DNA of 64,000 nt from an uncultured Planctomycetia bacterium (GTDB lineage Bacteria > Omnitrophota > Gorgyraeia > 2-02-FULL-51-18). The DNA is taken from contig CAYJVC010000002.1 in the NCBI GenBank assembly GCA_964373505.1, positions 12,352 through 76,351 of the forward strand, in the 5' to 3' direction. This document shows, piece after piece, positions 27,721 to 35,637 of the stretch. The notes beneath the pieces were generated by a model, which had not been told where the DNA came from, did not search any database, and saw nothing but the letters and a program-made list of their open reading frames with translations. Position 1 is the stretch's first letter. Every line of letters starts with the position of its first letter. The translations under genes and the position numbers were made by a program.

Positions 27721-28029
27721 TCAGTTGCGTGGGTTCGAACGGACGATCGCGATTGCCGCTTTCAGTTCGCGTATGATGTCCTGTTCGATCTTGTCCTCAA
27801 CCACAATCTTTCTTAAAAAGTCCCTGCCGGTGTTCGTCGTCGTGTACATCGGCCAAAGGCGATTCAAAGCCAGCGCCCGGACATCCTGCTTCGCGCGGGC
27901 GGAAAGACGCGCGTCACGGAATTCAGGCTCCGTCATGAGCCCTTCGAGCATGTCGGCCGCAAGCTCTTCCATGTAATTCGTGAGCCTGCTCTTTTCTTGC
28001 ATTTTTTTATCCGTGGATGTCTGTGCCAT
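27721..28029 (-). CDS. ComFB-like protein (102 aa, Cys-less variant)
   Basis: Pattern NYMEELAADMLEG...ALALNRLWPMYTTTNTG matches the ComFB family signature NYME...ALALNxLPPxY, but none of the four Zn-binding cysteines is present. First gene of the comFB-addB-addA unit with its own promoter. Confidence 0.5.
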   Translation of the reverse strand: MAQTSTDKKMQEKSRLTNYMEELAADMLEGLMTEPEFRDARLSARAKQDVRALALNRLWPMYTTTNTGRDFLRKIVVEDKIEQDIIRELKAAIAIVRSNPRN

Positions 28030-28053
28030 AAAATTTTATTCCTGTTCTGGGTA

Positions 28054-28082
28054 AGTATACATGATTCGCCCGATAATTACAA
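28054..28082 (-). promoter_or_regulatory. Sigma70-like promoter for comFB-like / addB / addA
   Basis: Minus strand TTGTAA-17 nt-TATACT about 24 nt upstream of the ATG, in an AT-rich 130 bp gap. Confidence 0.45.
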
Positions 28083-28162
28083 ATTAAAAACTAAATACTT
28101 TGTCACCTAACCATCGACATAACCTTCTATACTGTAGAAACATAGATGACTTAGTTAAGGTA

Positions 28163-30031
28163 CTACCAGGTTCCGACCTTGGCGATGATGAGCGTTATGT
28201 CGTCATGCTGCTCGGCTTTACCCATAAATTTATGAAGCTCCTCAACGGTCCTCTCCAGGAGCCGGTCGGCAGCGAGCGCCTTGTTTTTGAAGGTCACCGA
28301 TTGCAACCGCTCGACCGTGTACTCTTCCTTTTTCTTGTTGCGCGCTTCGCTCACGCCATCCGAATAAAAAATGAAAATATCTCCTTCGTTCAAGGGCACC
28401 TCAGAATTTGCGAAACGGGCCCCCGGCAAAATGCCGATCGGCATGCCCTCTTCTGCGCTCAGAAGCGTGTTTTTTCCATCCTTCGTGACCGCCACAAGCG
28501 GCAGGTGCCCCCCGTTCGAGAAACGCATCTTCCCTTTATTCAGGTCAAAAACGGCATAGGTCAAAGTGACGAAAAGCCCGCCGGTAGATTCGGACGAGAT
28601 GGAGTCATTCAAAGCAACAAGCACGGCGGAGGGATCGGTTTTCTCTCGCGCGGAAAATTTGAATTCGGACACGACCTTCGCCATGAAAAGGGCCGCGGGC
28701 GTGCCCTTGCCCGACACATCCCCCAACATAACGCCGAGCGAGCCGTCATTTAACTTAAGAAAATCGTAAAGGTCTCCGCCCACCTCTTTGGCGGGTTTCA
28801 TGTAAACCGCCACCTGGATCCCCGCATGCGCAGGCGCTTTTCCCGGAAGGAAACTCTGTTGGATTTGGCTGGCTATTTTCAACTCTTTCTCCATGGATTC
28901 GCGCTTTTTCATCTCTCCGATCGTGCGCACGAATACCGCGACCGCGTAAATAATGACCGCCGAGGCGACCGGCAGGAAGAGGTCCACCCAAAACCCCCAT
29001 TGAATGAACACGAACACCGCCGAGACAATGAAGAGACTTAGGATCAGCACGACGCGCAGAAATGAAACAACGATCTTTTTGAGGAACGCGGTCCATCCCA
29101 CCAAGAGACTGAACACGCACAAAAGGGTCGCGTTCCAGACCCGCCCCATTCGGCGGATGAAATCCTGCGTCAGGATGCTGTTCAGGATGTTGGCGTGCTG
29201 ACCCACGAGCGGATAGAGGTTCTGGATGGGGACGGGCTCAGTGTCGTGCGAGCCCGTCGAAGTCAACCCCACGAAACAGATCTTTCCCTTAAGCTGCGCG
29301 GGGTTGAGTATCGGTTTTTCCCCCGCCTGAATACTCTGATAGGACGCCAAAATATCCCGGTACGAATAATGCGGGTAGCCCTCCTCCCATTTCCGGGCGT
29401 AATTGACCGCGAAATACCCGTCTTCATCGAGCGGCAGCTTCAGCTTATCTGAAAAATCCACGGACCGGGCGGGGCGAAGCTTGACCTTTCCCGGAGAAAT
29501 TCCCAAAATATCCATGGCCATGCGAAGGCTGATGTGGAAATAAGGGGCACGGCCATAAAAAATAACCGGGATGGTTTTCCGCCTTTTGCCGTCCCGATCC
29601 GCCGGCGCGTTGATGTGCCCCACGCCCTTCGCTGCGGTCCTGTAGGCGGGCAGCAGGGGATCCAGGATCTGGTCGGAAACAAAAACGCCTTTGTCGTTCA
29701 CAGGCTCCTTCAACGCTTCCACGAAATAAACGTTGTTGGCGGCTTTCGCGGCTCGTACGACGAGATCATCCCCGTCCCTCGGCTCCGTAAAGATAATATC
29801 AAAGCTGACGGCCCGGGCCTGCCACCGGCTCAAGACCTGAATGAGCGCGGCGTGGTTTCTCCTGTCAAATGGCCACGCCCCCAGCGCCTGGAGGGTATCA
29901 TCCCAGATATCCACGAACACGATCTTGTCCGAGATGGGCCGGGGGCCCCGGAGCCGGCAACGGGTGTCGTAAGTCTGAAATTCGTAGCTTTCAAAGATGC
30001 GCAAATACGAAAGAAAAAATAAGGCCAGCAT
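28163..30031 (-). CDS. CHASE2 sensor domain PP2C-type serine phosphatase (RsbU/SpoIIE-like)
   Basis: 622 aa; N-terminal CHASE2-like extracytoplasmic region, TM helices, C-terminal PP2C/SpoIIE domain (GDVSGKGTPAALFMAKV...FIFYSDGVSEA). Confidence 0.8.
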   Translation of the reverse strand: MLALFFLSYLRIFESYEFQTYDTRCRLRGPRPISDKIVFVDIWDDTLQALGAWPFDRRNHAALIQVLSRWQARAVSFDIIFTEPRDGDDLVVRAAKAANNVYFVEALKEPVNDKGVFVSDQILDPLLPAYRTAAKGVGHINAPADRDGKRRKTIPVIFYGRAPYFHISLRMAMDILGISPGKVKLRPARSVDFSDKLKLPLDEDGYFAVNYARKWEEGYPHYSYRDILASYQSIQAGEKPILNPAQLKGKICFVGLTSTGSHDTEPVPIQNLYPLVGQHANILNSILTQDFIRRMGRVWNATLLCVFSLLVGWTAFLKKIVVSFLRVVLILSLFIVSAVFVFIQWGFWVDLFLPVASAVIIYAVAVFVRTIGEMKKRESMEKELKIASQIQQSFLPGKAPAHAGIQVAVYMKPAKEVGGDLYDFLKLNDGSLGVMLGDVSGKGTPAALFMAKVVSEFKFSAREKTDPSAVLVALNDSISSESTGGLFVTLTYAVFDLNKGKMRFSNGGHLPLVAVTKDGKNTLLSAEEGMPIGILPGARFANSEVPLNEGDIFIFYSDGVSEARNKKKEEYTVERLQSVTFKNKALAADRLLERTVEELHKFMGKAEQHDDITLIIAKVGTW

Positions 30032-30103
30032 GCCCGCGGCGATGAGGGCGGGCCGCAGGTACTTGGGAGGGACGAAGGAGAGGGGCGCGATCTTAACGAT
30101 GGA

Positions 30104-30808
30104 TCAAGGGCTCTGTTTTCTGGCGGCCAGCGCCGCTTCCTGCTGGGCCCTCATTTTCATGATCTCGTCCTTGGGTTTGTTGCCGCCCTTGGCCAACACT
30201 TTCCAGGGATGCCATTTCAGGTCTTCGCTGAAATCCCTGAAATTCTCTGAAGTGTATTCAAGATTGTCGAAGATCCTGCTCAGTTTTGGCTTATTGTCGT
30301 TGAGGACCCCGTCGACATTGTCGGCCACGCGGCTGATGTCCTGCGCCATTTTTCCGACATCGCCGGCCACCTTCGTGGCCATCTCGATAAGCTCTTCGAG
30401 CCGCACGGGGTCCTGGCTGGGGATCTCGTCGCCCTCGTTCGCGTACTCCGCCGCGGCGGTACCCGCCTTGATCTCGACATACTTCTCACCCATCAGGCCC
30501 AGCGTCGTCACATACATTTTGGAGTCCTTGCGGATCTTCACCCCTTCATCGATCCGCAGCACGGTCTCGATCAGCGTTTCATCCCCGTAATGGAGCACGA
30601 GGTCCTTCACCTCGCCCACATCCACGCCTGAGAGCCGCACCGGGGCGTTCTTTTTAACGCCGGCCGTGTAGTGGAATTGGGACCGGATCGTGTAGCCCTT
30701 CTTGAATAAACCGAAATTCCCGACCTTCAAAAGCAGCGCTCCGAGCGTGATCAGAGAAACCAACACCAGAATGCCCGTCTTTGCTTCATTGCTCATTTTT
30801 ATCTTCAT
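30104..30808 (-). CDS. mlaD: MCE-domain protein MlaD
   Basis: 234 aa; N-terminal TM anchor followed by an MCE domain; downstream of mlaE and mlaF. Confidence 0.8.
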   Translation of the reverse strand: MKIKMSNEAKTGILVLVSLITLGALLLKVGNFGLFKKGYTIRSQFHYTAGVKKNAPVRLSGVDVGEVKDLVLHYGDETLIETVLRIDEGVKIRKDSKMYVTTLGLMGEKYVEIKAGTAAAEYANEGDEIPSQDPVRLEELIEMATKVAGDVGKMAQDISRVADNVDGVLNDNKPKLSRIFDNLEYTSENFRDFSEDLKWHPWKVLAKGGNKPKDEIMKMRAQQEAALAARKQSP

Positions 30809-30835
30809 TCCCCGGGATCTCCTTTAATGGACAGG

Positions 30836-31648
30836 TTATAGCTCAATTTCCTTCGTCAAATGCTCCAAATAATCGTCCCCGGTCTGCACGAACGAGATGG
30901 GGCCTTCCGCGCCGCCGGTGATGAACTGCTGCACGATGGGGTTCTTGGAATGCCGGATCTCGTCGGGCGTGCCGATCTGAAGCACACTGCCCTGGTGCAG
31001 CATCACGATACGGTCGGCGATCCTGAAAACGCTGCCCATGTCGTGGGTGACGACGACCGAGGTGATGTGAAGCTTCTTCGTGAGGTCCATCGTGAGCTTG
31101 TCGATCACGCCCGTCATGACCGGGTCGAGCCCCGCGGTCGGTTCGTCATAAAAAACGATCTTGGGGTCCATCACGATCGCCCGCGCCAGGCCGCATCGCT
31201 TTTTCATGCCGCCGGAAAGCTGTGAGGGCATCAGGTTCTCGAAACCTCTCAGACCCACGAGGTCCAGCTTCAATTTGATGACGATCTGGATGATGTTCTC
31301 GTCCAATTTCGTATGTTCCCTCAAAGGAAGCGCGATGTTCTCGCCCACGGTCAACGAATCGAACAGCGCTCCGGACTGAAAAAGCATCCCGAATTTTTTA
31401 CGGATCTCGTCCATTTCCTCCTCGGAGGCCTTGGCGATGTCCTTGCCGAACATCCAGACCTCTCCCTCATCCGGCCGGATCGCCCCGATGAGATGCCGCA
31501 GGAACGTACTTTTCCCGCATCCGGAGCCGCCCATCACCACGAGCGTCTCGCCTTCGTAAATGTCGAGGGTTACGGCGTTCAGGATCGCGCGGCTTCCGAA
31601 GCTTTTTGTGAGATTTTTAACGCTGATGACTATTTCTTTTTTTTCCAT
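30836..31648 (-). CDS. mlaF: ABC transporter ATP-binding protein MlaF
   Basis: 270 aa; Walker A GGSGCGKST, ABC signature LSGGMKKR, Walker B IVFYDEPTAGLD. Confidence 0.9.
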   Translation of the reverse strand: MEKKEIVISVKNLTKSFGSRAILNAVTLDIYEGETLVVMGGSGCGKSTFLRHLIGAIRPDEGEVWMFGKDIAKASEEEMDEIRKKFGMLFQSGALFDSLTVGENIALPLREHTKLDENIIQIVIKLKLDLVGLRGFENLMPSQLSGGMKKRCGLARAIVMDPKIVFYDEPTAGLDPVMTGVIDKLTMDLTKKLHITSVVVTHDMGSVFRIADRIVMLHQGSVLQIGTPDEIRHSKNPIVQQFITGGAEGPISFVQTGDDYLEHLTKEIEL

Positions 31649-32452
31649 TTAGGTTTTCGCGAAATAAAATAAAGCGGTCAGGATCGCATCGGCGACGATG
31701 ATCAAGATGAAGGACGTGACGACGCTCTTTGTGGTCGAGCGCCCCACCCCTTCGGCGCCGCCTTCCGTGGAAAGTCCCTGGTAGCAGGCGATCATGGAAA
31801 TAATGACGCTGAACACGGCGCTTTTCAGAAGCCCCGTCAGGATGTCCTTCACGGTCAGGAACTCGATCGTCGTGTCGATGTAGAGGCCCGACCCCAACCC
31901 CAGATTGTAGACACCGACCATGTAACCCCCGAACATGCCGACGAGATCTCCCAGGATCACCAAGCACGGAAGCATCATCAAAAGCGCCAGAAACCGCGGC
32001 ACCACGAGATACCGGACGGGGTTCAGGCTTAGGGTTTCCAGCGCCTCGATCTGTTCGGTCACCTTCATCGTGGAAATTTCGGCGGTGATGGCCGCGCCCA
32101 CGCGGCCGGCGATGACAAGCGAAGTAAGGACCGGTCCGATCTCGCGCGTCATGGACACGCCTACGAGCGCCGCCACGTAGATCGTAGCGCCCAGCTGCTC
32201 GAGCTGATAAGCCGACTGCATCGCGAGCACGATGCCAATGAAAAAATTGACGAAAAAAACGATGACGAGCGAGCCCAACCCCGCAAAAACAGTCTGCGCG
32301 AATAGCCCTTTCCTTGAAACCGGCTTCTTGCGGAAAGGGCCGACGAACACCCAGTAAATCGTCTGGCTTAAAAGCGCGAACACCTCGCCTGACTGCCGGA
32401 ATATCAGGCGGGTGGATCTGCCCAGATTCTCAACGAACAAGGCAAGGCCCAT
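31649..32452 (-). CDS. mlaE: ABC transporter permease MlaE
   Basis: 267 aa polytopic MlaE/YrbE family permease, adjacent to and coupled with mlaF. Confidence 0.85.
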   Translation of the reverse strand: MGLALFVENLGRSTRLIFRQSGEVFALLSQTIYWVFVGPFRKKPVSRKGLFAQTVFAGLGSLVIVFFVNFFIGIVLAMQSAYQLEQLGATIYVAALVGVSMTREIGPVLTSLVIAGRVGAAITAEISTMKVTEQIEALETLSLNPVRYLVVPRFLALLMMLPCLVILGDLVGMFGGYMVGVYNLGLGSGLYIDTTIEFLTVKDILTGLLKSAVFSVIISMIACYQGLSTEGGAEGVGRSTTKSVVTSFILIIVADAILTALFYFAKT

Positions 32453-32457
32453 CCGGC

Positions 32458-32784
32458 TTACTTGGCCTGGCTCACGGCTTCGGCTTGATCCCTGTAAACC
32501 AGGAAAAGCTTATCGAGTTTGGTGATCTCAAAAAGGCTCCTCACCTTGTCGGTCATGCCGGCAAGCCCCAAGCTCCCGCCCTGGTTTTTCACCTTCTTCA
32601 GCATCTCCACCAGTGTCGCAAGGCCGGAGCTATCGATATAATTTACCTTTTCAAGGTCCACAATGACCTTTTTGCCCGTATTTTTCTCGAACGCCTTCCT
32701 GAGATCCGGCGAAGTGTTGATATTGATCTCACCGGTCACATGAAGGATCGTGACACCGTCCCGCTCAGACAACTTTGCTTCCAT
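32458..32784 (-). CDS. STAS-domain anti-sigma-factor antagonist (SpoIIAA/RsbV/MlaB-like)
   Basis: 108 aa STAS fold with the phosphorylatable-Ser motif YIDSSGLATLVEM. Confidence 0.8.
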   Translation of the reverse strand: MEAKLSERDGVTILHVTGEININTSPDLRKAFEKNTGKKVIVDLEKVNYIDSSGLATLVEMLKKVKNQGGSLGLAGMTDKVRSLFEITKLDKLFLVYRDQAEAVSQAK

Positions 32785-33217
32785 ACGCTCGCATCCCCCC
32801 TTCTGCCCTCAAACGCTTCACCATCGTGATCGCATTGCCCTTCTCATTGTAACGGACTTCGTCCATAAGCTTGCGGATCAAATAGACGCCGCGGCCGCAA
32901 TCTTTAAGTACGTTCTTGCTTTCCGTGCAATTCACGAGTTTCCGCGGATCAAAACCCTCTCCCTCGTCTTCCACGCGGATGCGTATTTCGCGGTCATTGT
33001 ACTCCACGCCCAGGCGCACCTTAAGCTCTTTTTTAAGTTTGTGGCCGTACTTCATCGCGTTGATCAGCGCTTCTTCCAGACATAGTCGGATGTCAAAAAC
33101 GACGGGTTCGTCCAACCGGAGGGGCCCCAGGTACGACAGAACATCCGCGCTGGATTTCTGAACGAGCGACAAATCGCTAGGAACTAGAAATTCTTTTCTT
33201 TGTGACTTTTCGCTCAT
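32765..33217 (-). CDS. Anti-sigma regulatory factor, RsbW/SpoIIAB-like serine kinase (GHKL ATPase)
   Basis: 150 aa HATPase_c with N-box EALINAMKYG and G-boxes DEGEGF, GRGVYLIRKLMDEV; overlaps the STAS gene by 20 nt. Confidence 0.75.
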   Translation of the reverse strand: MSEKSQRKEFLVPSDLSLVQKSSADVLSYLGPLRLDEPVVFDIRLCLEEALINAMKYGHKLKKELKVRLGVEYNDREIRIRVEDEGEGFDPRKLVNCTESKNVLKDCGRGVYLIRKLMDEVRYNEKGNAITMVKRLRAEGGMRAYGSKVV

Positions 33218-34208
33218 GCTTCAGATGGACCTTGTGGAGCCCGGAGGACGGGACGAATGTCTCGAAGACTCCCATGGCCCTGAATTTGTCATAGCGGGCC
33301 TCTACGAGTTTGTCCCTGTCCACGGGTTCAAGTTCTTTCCAATTTTTTTTGATCGCCGATTTCAAAGAGGCCGCGGTTTCTTCGGGCCCGCGGTGAGCAC
33401 CGCCCAGGGGCTCCGCGACCATTTCATCGATCAGTTTCAGGTCCAAAAGATCCTTCGCCGTGAGCTTCAGTGCGGCGGCGGCGTCCGGCGCTTTTGTCCT
33501 GTCCTTCCAGAGGATGGCCGCGCACCCTTCCGGCGAGATCACCGAATAGTAGGCATTCTCGAGCACAAGCACCCGGTCGCCCACGCCGATGCCCAGCGCG
33601 CCGCCCGATCCGCCCTCGCCGATCACCACGACAATGATCGGCACCCGCACACGCGCCATCTCGCGGATATTGGTCGCGATGGCATAGGCCTGCCCGCGCT
33701 CTTCGGCTCCGACACCGGGATAGGCGCCCGGCGTGTCGATGAAAACCACGAGTGGCACGCAAAACTTCTCCGCCATTTTCATAAGGCGCAGCGCCTTTCG
33801 GTAACCTTCAGGGTGCGCGCTGCCGAAATTTCTCATGATGTTCTCCTTCGCGTCGCGGCCCTTTTGGTGCCCCATCACGAGGAATGTCCGCCCGTCCAGT
33901 TTCGCAAAACCACCCACGAGCGCTTTGTCATCGGCAAAGGTCCTGTCCCCATGGAGCTCGACAAAATCCGTGAAAATACTCTGAATGTAATCAAGCGTGT
34001 AGGGGCGCTGCGGGTGCCGCGCGAGCTGCACGCGCTGCCAGGCGGTCATCTGAGAATAGGTTTCCTTCCTCAGATGATTCAAGCGCGTCTGCAATTTCCT
34101 GACCTCCGACTGCAGGTTTAAATTGCCGTCCGTGCTCAGATGTTTGAGCTCGTTGATCTTTTTCTCAAGCTCAAAGATGGGTTTTTCAAAATCAAGTGCG
34201 GTGATCAC
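33177..34208 (-). CDS. accA: Acetyl-CoA carboxylase carboxyltransferase alpha subunit
   Basis: 343 aa with the hallmark AccA region DTPGAYPGVGAEERGQAYAIATNI...IGEGGSGGALGIGV; GTG start at 34208 is embedded in the right arm of the TIR element. Confidence 0.9.
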   Translation of the reverse strand: MITALDFEKPIFELEKKINELKHLSTDGNLNLQSEVRKLQTRLNHLRKETYSQMTAWQRVQLARHPQRPYTLDYIQSIFTDFVELHGDRTFADDKALVGGFAKLDGRTFLVMGHQKGRDAKENIMRNFGSAHPEGYRKALRLMKMAEKFCVPLVVFIDTPGAYPGVGAEERGQAYAIATNIREMARVRVPIIVVVIGEGGSGGALGIGVGDRVLVLENAYYSVISPEGCAAILWKDRTKAPDAAAALKLTAKDLLDLKLIDEMVAEPLGGAHRGPEETAASLKSAIKKNWKELEPVDRDKLVEARYDKFRAMGVFETFVPSSGLHKVHLKHERKVTKKRISSS

Positions 34209-34320
34209 CCCATCCCCTCCTTTCGCGCCATTTGAGCGCCCATCTCACGAAAAATGGCGCATAAATCCGCCGAAGGCGGATTTATTGGTTCTTCGAACCA
34301 AAAAGGAGGGGATGGGGTCA
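34206..34320 (-). repeat. TIR-bounded element copy 2 (ACCCCATCCCCT ... AGGGGATGGGGT)
   Basis: Same 12 bp inverted arms as copy 1 at 4959-5050; internal hairpins GCGCCATTT/AAATGGCGC, CCGCC-GAA-GGCGG, GGTTC-TTC-GAACC. Sits exactly between the L,D-transpeptidase stop (34321) and the accA GTG (34208). Confidence 0.6.
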
Positions 34321-35076
34321 TCAGTCGACTATCGTCACTTCCGTATGCGGTGTCACAAATCCAAACAGCTCCTCAACTTCCTCGTTCCTCATCCGAATGC
34401 ACCCGGCCGTGATCTGCTGCCCGAGCCTATCGGGCTCCGTGGTGCCATGGATCCCATAGCCCTTCTTCGTCAGCCCTATCCAGCGCGACCCGAGCACGTT
34501 TTCGGGGCTTCCGAACGGTACCACCGCGCCCGATTTGTACCAGGTCGGGTTCACGAGCTTATCGGTAACCTTGAAAACCCCCGCCGGCGTAGAATTGTCC
34601 GACCCGGTCGAGACGACGTAGGTCTTCAGCACTTCTTCGCCGCCTTTTAAGATCAGGCTGTTCTGTGACTTGTCCACGACAACGCTGAACACGACATTGG
34701 GGATCTTCAGTTTCTGCCCTATGGAAAGCCTATCCGAAGAAAGCGCGTTTATTTTTCTTATAAGTTCAACGGTGGTGCCGTGGGCTTTCGCGATTGTACT
34801 GAGCGAATCCCCCTTTTTTACCTCATAGAGGGTGGATGTGTTGTCGGGTTCCTGGGACATAAGAGAACGAAAGAACGGCGTCTCCACCGGCTGCAAAGCT
34901 TGAGGATCCGTGGCGAATGCCGGTGACAGCGTCTGCGTGGCCGGGAAGGTTGGAAACGCCGTACTGCGCGGGGACTTGTGAAACGACACGCTGGCCAAGG
35001 CAAAAGCAACCGCCCCCAGCACGATCCCTGCCGCAAAGATAAAAGCCGTCTTCTTATTCAAAAAAAACCCTACCAA
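34321..35076 (-). CDS. L,D-transpeptidase (YkuD) with LysM domain
   Basis: 251 aa; signal/TM anchor, LysM (YEVKKGDSLSTIAKAHGTTVELIRKIN), and C-terminal catalytic motif HGTTEPDRLGQQITAGCIRM. Confidence 0.8.
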   Translation of the reverse strand: MVGFFLNKKTAFIFAAGIVLGAVAFALASVSFHKSPRSTAFPTFPATQTLSPAFATDPQALQPVETPFFRSLMSQEPDNTSTLYEVKKGDSLSTIAKAHGTTVELIRKINALSSDRLSIGQKLKIPNVVFSVVVDKSQNSLILKGGEEVLKTYVVSTGSDNSTPAGVFKVTDKLVNPTWYKSGAVVPFGSPENVLGSRWIGLTKKGYGIHGTTEPDRLGQQITAGCIRMRNEEVEELFGFVTPHTEVTIVD

Positions 35077-35534
35077 ATGTAGAACAGCGATGCGACAGCG
35101 ATCCCGACAAGCCCTCCGGCGAATACCTCTTTGGGACTGTGGCCAAAGAGCTCTTTTAATCGATCCGGCTCAATGTCCCTATGCGCGTAAAGGTCGTCCA
35201 GGATTTTATTGAGCATCCCCGCCTGCTTACCGCTTTGCCGACGCACCCCTTGCGCGTCGAACATGGTGATCACCATGATCGCGAACGCGATGGCAAATGA
35301 GCCCGAGTCAAACCCGTAAAACAGCCCCACCGCCGTGGCCAAACCACAGGTCAGCGCCACATGCGAACTCGGCATCCCGCCGGAGCCCACAAACCACTTG
35401 AAATTAAAGCGTTTCTCGCGGAGGATCCCCAGAACGACCTTGATCGTCTGCGCAATAAACCAGGACCAAAACGCCGCAAAAAAGACCCTATTTCGGTACC
35501 ACTGGTCCAAGATCGAATCAGAGCTAGAAAGCAT
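35070..35534 (-). CDS. Divergent PAP2 / YuiD (DUF212) family membrane protein
   Basis: 154 aa with the family motif FVGSGGMPSSHVALTCGLATA. Confidence 0.7.
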   Translation of the reverse strand: MLSSSDSILDQWYRNRVFFAAFWSWFIAQTIKVVLGILREKRFNFKWFVGSGGMPSSHVALTCGLATAVGLFYGFDSGSFAIAFAIMVITMFDAQGVRRQSGKQAGMLNKILDDLYAHRDIEPDRLKELFGHSPKEVFAGGLVGIAVASLFYIW

Positions 35535-35563
35535 AGGAAATGGATCTTTCGGTATTAGGGCAG

Positions 35564-35592
35564 TATTATATAATTTAAGCTCTTTGACTGCA
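35564..35592 (-). promoter_or_regulatory. Sigma70-like promoter upstream of the PAP2-like / LDT / accA run
   Basis: Minus strand TTGCAG-17 nt-TATAAT about 30 nt upstream of the PAP2-like start codon. Confidence 0.45.
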
Positions 35593-35637
35593 AGGAGTTT
35601 GGGCCGAGCATAGCGGCGGATTCGAGGGGTGCCGCGT

